Assembly: GCF_009914755.1 (NCBI RefSeq)
Contig: NC_060925.1
Direction: 5' to 3' (one strand)
Length of the DNA: 64,000 bases
Source of the DNA: the human T2T-CHM13v2.0 reference genome, Homo sapiens
The notes beneath the pieces are model-generated. The model had not been told where the DNA came from, did not search any database, and was given only the letters and a program-made list of their open reading frames with translations. Shown here piece after piece: positions 30,031 through 41,737 of the stretch (positions are counted from its first letter, which is position 1; the number at the start of each line of letters is the position of its first letter). The translations under genes were made by a program, and so were the position numbers.

Positions 30031-31039
30031 TAATTAGGATAGCTGTTATTATGATTGCTCTCCTCTCTGACTCAGTTTCCTTGGGGGTTGGACTGCTTGG
30101 CTTCCGAGGGCCCTCCCAGCTCCAGCATCCTCTGACTCATCGGCATCCTTCTTGTTTCAGGTTTTTTATTAGATTTCCACGACTGACTCATCTTTCTCCA
30201 TCTCTCTCCTTATCATCACCCTCCATGAAAAATGCACCCTCCTTCCCTTTGTATTCAGGCCATTGCCCCATCATCTCTGCCCTGGGGGGTCCAATAATCC
30301 AAGCCAGCCAGACCCCTGCATGCCACTGCCACTTGGAGTCAGATTCCATTGGATTTATGAGGCACCACAGGAGTAGGTAGTCGATATGAATAACCATTAC
30401 GTTGGGGAGGGCTTTTTCTTCTCCCTCTGACTGATGACAGCTAAATTACTGCTAAATATAGGCCCTGAATTTGCATGAATCTGCAGCTTGCCACAGCCAG
30501 GCTGGGGGTTTTATTGACAGCTGAGGCACTGGAGGCAGGCAGGCACCTGCTCCAGTACACCTCTTCCAGAGGAAGCATGGAGTCAGGGAGAGTGCACCCC
30601 TCCCTCACCCCTCTCCAAGAGATGCTCTCTTCTCTCCAAGCCTCCAGCCTTGTTGGTTCCAAGAAAAGAGCTTAGGCATGGGTTTGAATCCCAGATCTTC
30701 CATCTAGCTGTGTGATCCTAAGCAAATTACTTAACCACTCCCTATCCGTTCCCCTGCCTCCGTTTCCCCATTGCTACAACGGGGCTAATAATAGCTCACT
30801 GTTATCTCACATAAAGTTCTGACATAGGCTCCTCCAAGTTTCTATCTTGTCATACATATATATATATTTTGTCCTTGGGTTATGGCTTCAAAATCCCAAA
30901 ATGGCAGCTTCAGGCATCAAATCATATTGCAATCAAATTCAAGGAAGGAAAAAGGAGGCAGCTTTCTATGTCACCTCCCTTTTTATCAAAGAGCATAATT
31001 TTGCATAGAAACAACAAGGAGACTTCCCCTTTATAGCTC

Positions 31040-31260
31040 ATAGAAATAACAACAGTAGCATTTATTGAGTACTTACTACATGACAGGCACCTTTTTATAT
31101 ACTTTCCATGCGTTAACTTAATACAGCAATCCCAAGAAAGAGGTGCCATTTCTAAGATGGAGAGAGGTTAAAACAACTTGCTCAAAGCTACTCAACAGGT
31201 AACTGTCAGAGCTGAGATTTGGACCCAGAAAGCTTGGCTATAGAGCTCAGGTTCTGTAAC
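31040..31260 (-). mobile_element. MIR
   Basis: GCATTTATTGAGTACTTACTA..AGAGAGGTTAAAACAACTTGCTCAA. Confidence 0.75.
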
Positions 31261-31492
31261 TGGAATTTAAATGACAGTTGTATGTTCACTTGTTCAGCCT
31301 TAGAGCATGACTGGTAAAAGATGAGACCCCAGGGCTGGCGAAGTGACCTACTTTCCAGAGCACATTAGACTTAGCTAATAAGAAAATCAATTGGGGGTCT
31401 ATAAACTAAGGCAGAAGGGGGAATGGTTTGGGGTGGAAACCAGAGTTGTCTACCCCGCTACTTCCCACGTTGCTAGAGGGTGAAAAGACAGA

Positions 31493-31884
31493 AAGTCCAT
31501 CTTCATCTGTTTAGGTTGCATGAAAAAATACCAAAGATTGAGTGGCTTACACAACAGAAATTAATTTATTAAGGGCTGGGAAGTCCAAGATCAAGATGTT
31601 ATCAGGGTAGGTTTCATTCAAAGACCTCTTCTTTTGGCCGGTAGATGGGCAGCATCTAGCAATGGGATTACATGACCACTTCTTTGTGTGGGGAGGAGAG
31701 AAGGAGAGAGACACTCTCTGGTGTCTCTTCTTATAAGGATACCAATGCTATCATAGGGCCTTCACCCTGATGACCTTATCTAAACCTAAGTACCTCCCAA
31801 GGGCCCCATCTCCAAATACTGTCACATTGGGGGTTAGGGCTTCCACATATGAATTTGGGAGAGGGTCACAATTAGGTCATAGCA
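31493..31884 (-). mobile_element. MLT1A/A0 MaLR LTR
   Basis: GGCTGGGAAGTCCAAGATCAAG..CTCTCTGGTGTCTCTTCTTATAAGG..CCCCATCTCCAAATAC..GGGGTTAGGGCTTC. Confidence 0.85.
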
Positions 31885-32913
31885 AACTCTAAGTGCCTTT
31901 TTCAAAGTAGATGTTCAGTAAATGAAAGTTCCCCTCTCTTCCTACAATTATTGATTCAATTCGTTATTTGGACATGTAGAACAAGATGAACCTTAAGACT
32001 CTACAACCTAGTTGGAGAGAGAAGACAAGAAACAGTTAACTCATGACTCACCATGGCATTTGTTTAAGGGCCAAATGCCTGGGCTTATTCAGAGATTACC
32101 AGATGGGACTTCTCCTGTCAATCATGATGGCCAATTTGCTGAACTTACAGATCTACCCTGGACTGAAATACAACAGATCCCAGTTACCTTAGAGACAGGC
32201 TTTTGGACCTCTTGGGTTAGACCATTTGAGGATAAAAAAATCTCAGTTGGCAGGACCCGTTTTGGAGAAAGATTATTTTCTGTGGCTGGGGAGAGCTGGA
32301 CTAAACGTGGATGAGACTCAGGCTTAAAGCCTGTGACATCATCGGAAGATACTAAGGGAGACATCATAGTAAGAAAGAAGCAAAGCACATGGTATCAGGT
32401 TCAGCCAGCCTGCCTACAGTGTCTCACTGGGCAGAGCTATGAGTGGGCTGACATTTCAGTGAGAAGTGGGCAGAGAGATAACACCATTGCAGAGTTTGGG
32501 GAAAATATCAACCAAGGAGAAGCATTGGCATTAGAAATCAAGGGCTTAGAATCAAGGGCATTAGAAATCAAGGTACCAGCTGCCACATGTATTATGCCAG
32601 AGTGAAGGTGGAAATGTGTACCTGTTGCATGGAGTTAATGCAGCCATCTGAGGAAGAAAGCCAGAGAGACAGCCAACCAGAGCTGAGTCCAGGTCCTCCT
32701 CAAGGAGTGTGGTTGGTGTGGTTATCGAAATGTCATATGAAAGGCCATAAAATGAGATGCTCCTGTGATGTCACTGGAGGAGCCAAGTCAGGACAGGTGA
32801 CAAGGGGGCAGGGATGTTCAATGACGCAGCTTCCAAACTGACCTGGGTCTAAATTCCATCTCTACCATTACTAACTGGTGATCTCGGACAATTACTGAAA
32901 TTCTTCAGATTTC

Positions 32914-32915
<2 letters not shown>

Positions 32916-32951
<36 letters not shown>
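32916..32951. repeat. (CT)n microsatellite inside a MIR
   Basis: Direct reading. Confidence 0.9.
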
Positions 32952-32954
<3 letters not shown>

Positions 32955-35267
32955 CTGTACTTTACTCCTGAAGACAATGATGGTCCTTGAGGATAACAGA
33001 AAATGTGTATGCAAAGTGACCAGAAGTGTCTGATGCACAGTAGCAGGGAGATTGTGAGCGCTATCTTTTTTAAGTTCATGGAAAAGTGGATAGAGACAGG
33101 CTGCCTCTGTCCTATGGGCCTTCCTGCCAACCAGAGCAGGTACCCAAGGCTTTGGGTATGAAAGACCAGAGTTGGGAAAAATGTCACCCTGGGAGAAGCT
33201 CTTTGAACCTCTCCTTGATGGAAGATGAATCAATGGTCAGCTTCATTTCTGAAATGAGGCAAGTCCTCTAATCCCAACTTTTCATCTCATTTTCAGCATC
33301 TCCAAGGCCTCCTCATGGAGGTCCAAGCCCCTTTGTTTTCCAGGATTAACCCAGAGAGAGGCTTGCTTTGAGGCCCTATTCCCACTCCCTAGATGACCTG
33401 GATTGGCCATGGGGCTTGGATTCTAGTTGTCTTTTTGAGGGTTCTTGGCAGTGCTCACCCATTCAAAGTTCCATCCCCTGGGCACTCGTGGTCTGTGGCC
33501 AGCCCTAACCTCCCTCAGAGCTTAATAGCAAGAGGTTTTTGTCCTGGAAACAGCAACGGGTTAGAATAGTCTTGACTGCTCTTTGCAGAACAAAAGCAGA
33601 GAAATCCTTGTTGGAGACTGGGGTGGCTGCCTGGCGTTTTCCTCACCAGATCCCTTGTCCATGTCATGTTTTCTACCCACAGCTTCCCACATCTAATCCT
33701 CCAAGGTGCTCAGGGTACCCTGTTTTCTGCCTGGGTCCTCAGCTTGGCCACTCTTCTCACCCCTAAATGGGCTCAGTTTTGTCTCCCTCCTGGAATGCCA
33801 GAAAAGACCTGGCTCTCGTCTAACTCTTCCCCCAGTCATTACTCTGCACTTCAGAAATATCCTTCTCTGCTCAACCTGCCAGCAGCACTGATTCCTCTCG
33901 GACCATGAACTGATGGATGGAGTAGGTCTGCCTCTGCCCTCTTAGAGCTTGGAATCTGTCACCATGGCTGGCTTCCCTTGACACTTGTTCTGTTTGCAGT
34001 TGCCCTGCATCCCTGCTAGCTCCATCCTCATGTCCCTGTATGTGTCTGCCATCTCCCAGAATGGCTGGCAGCTAGCCAGCCTCTGCTCAGCTGTGCAGGC
34101 ATGGGAGCTCATAGTTTGGAAGCATGAACTTTAGGATATCATCTCTCATTCCCCTGCACACTTTAAATTTGGATATAAAATATTGTATAGGTGTGCATGT
34201 CCAACGCTTTCTTCAAGTGGTCCTCGACCTACAAGAATGTTACAATCCTGCGGATGACAGTCCTCAATACTCGTGATCATACATTCACCTTTATGGTCAA
34301 AGGCAGGCCTGTGTCTTGTTCACCTTTGTATCAGTTGTTCTTAGCCCAGTGTCTGACACATCATAGGCTTAGCCCAGTGTCTGACACTCATTAAATATTC
34401 ATTGGGTGAATAAATGATCAATGAATGAATGGACTAAGAGATGGTACATCCTGAATCTAGTGGGGAAGGAAAGAACTTCCTTTCCAAGGCCCCTGGAAGA
34501 CAAACATGCACCTTTGCACAGACATTGCCAGTAACAGGAAGGTCCTTTGTAAGACAACTTGTTACACTGTTTTTTCTATATACAGCTGAGTTCTGTCCTT
34601 CTTCAACTTCTACCCTCTGGCTCAAGCTTTGGCCTGGGAGGCTGCCTGGGATTCACTGCACCTCTTGGGCCCTTCAAAGGGCCACCTACATCAGAGGTTC
34701 AGGCATCACCTTCTCAGCATCTGCCAACACAAATGCCATTGCTGTCCCCAGTCAGATACACCCAAGACAAGTTGCGGAGTAGCCCTCACTCTCTGGGAAG
34801 CGTCATCCTTAGACAGATCAACTCATTGCAAGTTTCTGTTTCCAGAGTGGACCATAATTCTCTTGACAGAACAAAGAGTATCAGAACAAAAGAGCCTTAC
34901 AGCTGATATAAACAGATCCCCTTAATTTACGGACGAGAAGACTGAGGCCCAGAGAGGGAAAAGGTGCTCTGCAGGTCATGTGTCTGGAAGTGGAGCCCAA
35001 CTCCTCTGGCTCCCAGCTGGGTGCCCCTCTCGCTGTGCTCTATGGCCTCCTTCCTGCAGTTCTCAGCATGACACTCGGGGGTGACTAAAGTCCTGCACCT
35101 CCTGATAGGCTCCACGTATGTGTCCCTTTGGAGCATCAGATTTTCTGACAGTGGCTCGGGGTCCTCCCTGCTTTGCTGAAGTGTAGAAGGGCCTGGAGGT
35201 CAACCCTGAACCCTCAGTGTGTGGGATTTGGGTTGGCAGTTTGTCAGGTGTGCCAATTCCTCATGTA

Positions 35268-35490
35268 GTTTGGGGTAGTGTTTAAGAGTATGGCCCCTGG
35301 AGCCAGGCTGTCTATGGTTCAAATCCTGGTTCTGCCACTTCCTAGCTGTGTGACCTTGGGCAGATTTCTTGTCTTTGCCTCAGCTTCATAATCTATAAAA
35401 TGAGATAAAATAATATTTAAATCATAGGGCTGCTTGAGGTGCAAATGAAGGCAAAGTGTTTAACTCAAAGCTAGGTAAGTCTTAGCTCTT
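35268..35490 (+). mobile_element. MIR
   Basis: GGTTCAAATCCTGGTTCTGCCACTTCCTAGCTGTGTGACCTTGGGCA. Confidence 0.88.
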
Positions 35491-35711
35491 GTGACTGCTG
35501 GCTTCCATCCTGATTTCCCTACACTGGCTGGAGCCAGCTCACCTGGACCAACAACCACCCCTGGGGCAGCCCTAGCCCAGGTAACCTTCTGTGCTACGAG
35601 ACATTGTACCTGCCGTACGTGAAGCAGAGCTCAGCAGGATTCCCTGTTTCTGAAGACACCTGGTTTCCTATGATGCTTCTAACAAACCCATCTGAGGAGG
35701 CTTCTGGTGCT

Positions 35712-36240
35712 GGGCAGTGTAGCATAGTGGTTAGAGTCAAAATGGGCTCTGAGCCTGATTCCCTAGGTTCCCATCTCAGCTCCACCACTTTCTAGATGTA
35801 AAGTTGCCTTGTCTTTCTTTGACTCAGTTTCTTTATGAGCAAAGGAGGGATGATAGTACCTGCCCTGGGCACTGCGTGAAAATTAAATAACACTTATAAA
35901 GGACGATGTTTGATGTTCAGTATATCATTGTTAGTAGTGATGTTAGTTTATATTTATTTAGCACTCAGTGTGTGCCAGGCACAGTTTCAAGTGCTTTTAA
36001 ATATATTAATTCACTTAATCTTCACAATAACCCTATGAAATAGATTCAAGTTTTATCCTCTGTTGTCAGTGAAAAAAACTAAGGCTTGGAGAAGTTGAGC
36101 AACTTGTCTGTGATTAAGGTTTGCAGCCTGATGCTCATACACTTATTTACATCCAGCACTGTGGGATTGTCACACACAATAGCAGTGGGATTGTCACACA
36201 TAATAGCAGTGGCTGCAGAATCTTTTGGATTGGTATTAGA
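35712..36240. mobile_element. Two oppositely oriented MIRs
   Basis: Plus-strand MIR at 35712-35900 and minus-strand MIR at ~35950-36240. Confidence 0.75.
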
Positions 36241-36877
36241 ATTTGTGATGTATTTCAAGCAGGTATGAGACTGCCTGGAGCCATCTTTCTTCAGAAAGAC
36301 TGAGCCAGCACTGGAGATACAGATCAGCATGGAGAAAGAGTGAGAGAGAAAGTAACCTCTGGCAGAGAGAGACTGCTAAATTTACCAGGCACTAACCATT
36401 GACCACGCGCCCATGCTTGCAGCCCAGAGGCAAAACAGCTGCTGATACCTCTCCTAGTGAGCACCTGGGCAGAAGGAATCTGATATCGAGACCTGGAGAG
36501 GTTTAATTATAACTGTGGCCTAAATTGATGTTGGTGGAAGGAGTGCAGGGCCCAAGACAGAAGAATGTAGATGGAGTCTTGGGTACTGTGGCATAGCCTT
36601 GGCTCCCCTAGTCTAGGCTCTGACCCATGGGACCCACATGTGGGGTTATCAGCATTCACAACCAATCTCAGATCTTCTGGCCTTTCCTAAAATGAAGTCA
36701 ATCCATCTTTCTAACCCTTGGCTTTCTGGGAGCTTGGCCAACCATGATCTATATGCTGACTGCTAAACTCACTCTGAGCAGCTCAGAAAACTGCCAGACC
36801 ACCCTGTGTATGTCTAAGCAAGACATGGAGCAAGGAAGCAGGTCCTGTCCTTCTCTATTACTGCCAATCCTATGAGA

Positions 36878-37230
36878 CTACCACTATACCCGGCACACAG
36901 TAGGTATCAAGGTACGAGCATACCCAGCACCCAGTAGGTATCAAGGTACAAACATGCCCAGCATACAGTAGATGTCAAGGCTACCACTATACACAACACA
37001 TAGTAGGTATCAAGGTACCAACATGCCCAGCACACAGTAGGTGTCAAGGCTACCACTATACCCAGCACACAGTAGGTATCAAGGTACCAACATGCCCAGC
37101 ATACAGTAGATGTCAAGGCTACCACTATACACAACACACAGTAGATATCGAGGTACCAGCATGCCTAGCACACAGTAGGTGTCAAGGTTACCACCATGTC
37201 CAGCATAAAATAGATATTCAATAAATATGT
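36878..37230 (+). repeat. 34/35-bp minisatellite (~10 units) derived from an L2 3' end
   Basis: Units (C)TACCA...CCAGCACACAGTAGGT(A/G)TCAAGG; last unit runs into the L2 tail TTCAATAAATATGTT. Confidence 0.92.
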
Positions 37231-38394
37231 TACTACTGTTGTAGGGTAGATTTATTCCGGGGAAGGTGCCGAACAGGAGGTCAGATAGGCAGGAAGAAAA
37301 ATATAATCCTGGCTTCAGACAGTATTCAACAACAAGTGGTTCATGAGGAAGTGGTGCTGGTGGTAGTGGAGGGGTGTCCTTCTCTGTCAGCCAGGTATAG
37401 AATCACAACTCCAAGAGAGTGCTCAAAACCCTCAGCACACTCCACCCTATAGTCCAGGCATATAGCATTTGGCACTCACAGGCCCTGCTTAGTTCCCCAG
37501 TCAGCAAGTGCTCAGGATTGAAGTGCTCTGAACTCCAGGCAATCAGTGCTCTGTACTCCAGATAGATGGCCATCCACACTCCAGGCAGAGCACAGGACTC
37601 CTGGAAGCCATGTCTGATACTCCAGGCATGGTTCTCAATACTCCATTAAACGGTGCTCATGAAGGAGGTACAACTCAGGACTGCAGGAGATGGCACTGGA
37701 TATTCCGCACAGACTGCTCCACACCTCAGGGGCATTGCTGATTGGTAAGGAAGACACACATAATGGGAATGGGTTTCTGGCCTGAGTGTGTGAGTCCATA
37801 GGCAGCTGTCAGGAGCCTGGCCAGAACAGAGAACCCCTATCCCAACCTTGGTGGGGGCCTAGTCAGTCAAGCAGATTTTGGAGGACAACCCTAAACAAGA
37901 ACCCAGATCTATGCTTGGGCCACTGGGCTGGGAGAAGGGCTATACCTGAAGACCCTCACATTTCAGATAATGGATCTTCCCTCCTTTGAGTTACGGTGGG
38001 ATTCGTCTGCAGTGAGATGGACAGATCCTGTTACTGTACACCTTTTGCACTGACGATTTTTCTTCTAGAAATATTCTAGGTACATGTGATCCTTTCAATG
38101 CATCAGTGATGGAACATTCAGTGCCTCGCTTTTTTAAAAAATAATATATCTTGGATATGTCTATATCAGCTGTCTCATCTTTTTTCACGGCTGCCTAATT
38201 TTCCATTGTATGATGTCCTATAATTTATCTAACTAGTTTTCCATTGATTGACATTTAAATTACTTTTCATTTTCTACTATTGCTACAAATCCTGTAATTA
38301 TATGTGTCTTTGGCACAAGCATGAGCATATCTGAAAGATAAGTTCCTAGAAGACAGAGTGCCAGGTTAAAATGTATGTGCTGTTTTAATATTTC

Positions 38395-39205
38395 TTTGAC
38401 AGAGGTCACAAGATTTCCTTATGGCAAGAATGGTGGGCATATACAAAGAAGATGTGGGGGATGTTTTGACACAGCTTTTGGAAAAGTTACAGATATCTAC
38501 AGGATGCATGTGCTGCCTCAGGAAGCTACCTCATGATTTTGAGGAAGCCAGCCTGGGCTTAGCTCTCACATGCACTGTCTCCTAGGACACACTTGTCTAA
38601 AAGCTATGCCACCATGCCATACTCCTGGGACCCTATCTTCCTTAAGTTGGCTTCATGGCCACTCTATTCTTTGATGGATTACTTGTACTCATTCAGGTAA
38701 TGGGTCTCAGAGAATTCTCAAAGCAGAGGTCATTTGTGTTGGCAGCCAGTGTGCACAATTTTAATAATGACCAACTCACACTCTCACTCAAGTGGAACGC
38801 AGACTTCACTACATTCAGCCACCTCCCATTTGCGATGGGCTACTTTCTTGGTGTTCTGAAGGAAGATTGGCTACCCCGTAGGTTCTGCAGCTTCACTGGG
38901 GTCTCAGTATGTTCTTTCTCTTAATGGGATTTGAGAAGACATTTGGCAGAGTTATTCACAGCCATGTCATCTCAAACAAAGTGGTAGGCCATGGAGAGTT
39001 GATGCAGGAGACACATGGCTCCAGGGTGATCTGGGGTTGAGGGAGGTCTCTGGCGCTGGAGGTAGTTCATGGGGTATACAGGACCCTGATAGGTGGCTGA
39101 GGAGAGGTGGACTTGAGGCTCTAGGGGGTTGACAAGGGCAAGCACTGGTTCAGCCTAAGCACTACTGAAGCAGGAACGGTATCCACTGAGCATCTGGTCC
39201 ACTCT
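38395..39205 (-). pseudogene. Ferritin heavy chain (FTH1) processed pseudogene, ancient and heavily decayed
   Basis: Minus strand translates MAYHFV*DDMAVNNSAK..SH*EKEHTE..KLQNLRG / IFLQNTKK / HYLNE..SIKE..NLRKIG..DK..LGDSACES* (TAA at 38559-38561), versus FTH1 MSYYFDRDDVALKNFAK..KLQNQRGGRIFLQDIKK..HYLNE..LGDSDNES*; intronless; 5'UTR IRE remnant and 3'UTR remnant present. Confidence 0.93.
39148..39177 (-). promoter_or_regulatory. Decayed iron-responsive element (IRE) of the FTH1 retrocopy
   Basis: Minus strand GTTCCTGCTTCAGTAGTGCTTAGGCTGAAC versus FTH1 IRE TTCCTGCTTCAACAGTGCTTGGACGGAAC. Confidence 0.85.
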
Positions 39206-39409
39206 TTCCATTTTGACAAATATCACCAAATTCCCCAGCAAAGGGCCTGCACCAATTTATGGTTCCATGAACAATAGGCAAGTGTGTCTTTCTCTACCCC
39301 TGTGCTACCACTGTACTATGTCTTATGAAATTTTTGGATTTTGCCAGTCTAATAGCTGAAAATCATGTCTCATTTAAAATGTGCATTTCTTTAATTACAA
39401 AAGTAAGTT

Positions 39410-39672
39410 TAGGTCAAAGGATACATAATTACAGTTAGATAGGAGGAATAAATTTCAAGAGTTCTATTGTACAGCAAGGTGACTATAGTTAATAAAATAT
39501 ATTCTTGAAAAAGTTTTAAAAAGTGGATGTTAAGTGCTCTCACCACAAAATGATAACTATGAGGTGATGCATTTGCTAATTAGATAGATTTAACCATTTC
39601 ACAATGTGTATATACTTCAAAACATCATGTTATACATGATAAAGGCATGCAATGCTGTCAATTTTAAAAAAT
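39410..39672 (+). mobile_element. L1MA (MA7/8-like) 3' end
   Basis: CAAAGGATACATAATTACAGTTAGATAGGAGGAATAAATTTCAAGAG..CTCACCACAAAATGATAACTATG. Confidence 0.85.
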
Positions 39673-41235
39673 GATGAAAAATATATTAGTAGCCATTTGC
39701 AAGTCTTTTTCTCTGAGTTGTCAGGTTGTAATTTTTGTTTGTTTTTTGCTCATTTATTTTTCCTGATAGATTATTTTTCATTTTCTTATCAATCTATAAG
39801 AGCTTTTAATATATTAAGTAAACCAGACCTTTGTCATATGTGGTGCAGATTTTTTTCCCCAGTTTGTTAGTTGACTTTTGAGTTCATTTACTGTAATTTT
39901 TGAAGTTTAGAACATTCAATTTTTCTACTGAAATGAATCAATTCTTTACTTTTTCAGTTTAAGGTTTACGTCTTGTTTAGAAAGGCTGTCTCTGCTCCAT
40001 AGCCATAAAAAAAATTCTTCCATGTTTCTTTCTAGTACTTTTATGGGCTTATTTTTTATGTTTAAATCCTTGCTCCATCTGGAATTTGCTTTGGTGTGAG
40101 AAGCGAAGACCAGATTCAGATTTACTTTTTTCCAGATGGCAAGGCGGTTGTCTCAACACCCCTTCTTGAATAATCCTTTTTGCCTAACTGATGCGAAATA
40201 CCATATAATTCATATACTAAATTCCTGTGTGTTCTTGGATTTCTATCTGAATTCTCTTTTCCTTTACCAGCTTGTTCTAGTACCAAACAGTTTTAAGTAT
40301 TGCTAATTTTTATTATTTTTATATATCTGGCAAGAGTTGTTATTTTCCTTTACCCACTTTTTTTTAAATTTTAGAATTTTCCTGGCTAGCATCACATGGT
40401 TATTTTTCCAAGTAGACTCTAAATCATCTCAACTGTTTCTCCTCACCCCCCAGATCCCACAGGTGTGTTCATTGGGGTTGCATGGCCTCATGAGCATCTT
40501 TCTTTCCCAGAGAGAGACAGCAGAGTCTCTTTGGGCCAAAGGGCTCTTCAGATAGAGGTCTGTATTCAAGCTTGGAAAACAGCATAGACAGCTCAACTTC
40601 TTGGCGAGGTCCCTCACCTTTCCCTGAATCTGATCTTCTATGGTGCTGTAGGGGAAAGAGTTTAGTAAAGTTTGGGACACCTTGGGCTTAAACAAAGTTC
40701 AACATTTTTTTCTTGATCATTCATTCAGCAGGTATCAATGGGCCCTCGCCATGCACCAAGGGCTGTGCAAAAGGCTGGGAATCCCGTGGAGAAGAGATCA
40801 GATGCTGCCCTGGCTCTCGTGGAGCTTGGGGTCCAGCTGGAGAGAAAAACGTTAGACCAAAACAAATTCCAGACATGCATTTACTCAGCCTCATGATTTT
40901 TAAGTGCCAAGGAGGGAAGCTTAGGGAAGGCGCTAGAGGAAAAACAGCCGAGGTAAGGACCTACCCTCCTCCAGGGCAAGGGAAGGTCTTGTTGAGCTTT
41001 TACTATGCACATTAGCTGTGGAAACCTTCAAGGCATAGCATTTCCCAAACTTTCTGGCAATGGGACTCTTTTCAGGGGTCTTTATGGGCTCATTTCTGAA
41101 GGATGCTCTTTGAAAAATGCCAACAGTTTGCTCCCACTGCAAGGTCTGTAACCCAGATCTGTCTCAGACGAGTCAGGTATCTTCACAGAGGTTGCTCAGT
41201 TTCTCTGAACCTCATTTTTCTCATCTATGAAAAGA

Positions 41236-41737
41236 TGTATTAATTTTCTAGGGCTACCATAACAAATTGCCACAAACCAGGTAGCCTTAAACAACAGAAA
41301 TGTACTCTGTCACAATTCTGGAGGCTCGAAGTCTGAAATCAAGGTGGTGGGAGGGCCACACTCTGGCTGAAGGCAGTAGGGGAGAGTCCCTCCTTGCCTC
41401 CTCCCACTTGTGTTGGCTCCAGCCACTCCTTGGGTTGTAGTTGCATCACAATCAAGGTTGTGATGGAGGCAGAGATTGGGTTGTGACTCCAGTCTCTGCC
41501 TCCATCTTCATATGGCCTCTCCTCTTCTCTCCCTGTATTTTCTCCTCTTCTGTCTTTTAGTGAGGACACTTACTTGCCTTTGGATTTAGGGCCCACAAAG
41601 ATAACCCAGGATGATCTCATCTTGAGATCCTTAAGTACATCTGCAAATACCTTTTTTTCCAAATAACATCACATTGGCAGTTTCCCAGACATAGCTTTTT
41701 TGGGGGATGGGGTTGGGGGAAAATTCAATTTACTACA
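41236..41737 (-). mobile_element. MLT1C-like MaLR LTR inserted in a MIR
   Basis: TGTATTAATTTTCTAGGGCTACCATAACAAATTGCCACAAAC..GGATTTAGGGCCCAC..CCAGGATGATCTCATC. Confidence 0.85.

Larger units (their letters stand above)
38090..40500 (-). mobile_element. L1ME-like LINE, interrupted by the FTH1 retrocopy and an L1MA 3' end
   Basis: Antisense old L1 3' sequence is continuous across the insertions (..ATGTGCTGTTTTAA | TTTTGACAAATATCACCAAATT). Confidence 0.75.

Noticed and set aside
32012-32605. Two in-frame ORFs (100 and 90 aa) separated by a single TGA, suggesting a pseudogene or readthrough
   Set aside because: Non-ATG starts and no recognisable protein family; such a stretch is plausible by chance across six frames of 64 kb
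36878-37230. CRISPR-like look of the 34/35-bp array and its repetitive ORF 36907..37137
   Set aside because: No unique spacers and no cas genes; eukaryotic context; the unit derives from L2
38559-39090. Functional ferritin retrogene (FTMT/FTHL17-like)
   Set aside because: Multiple stops and frameshifts, no recognisable start ATG and no mitochondrial leader
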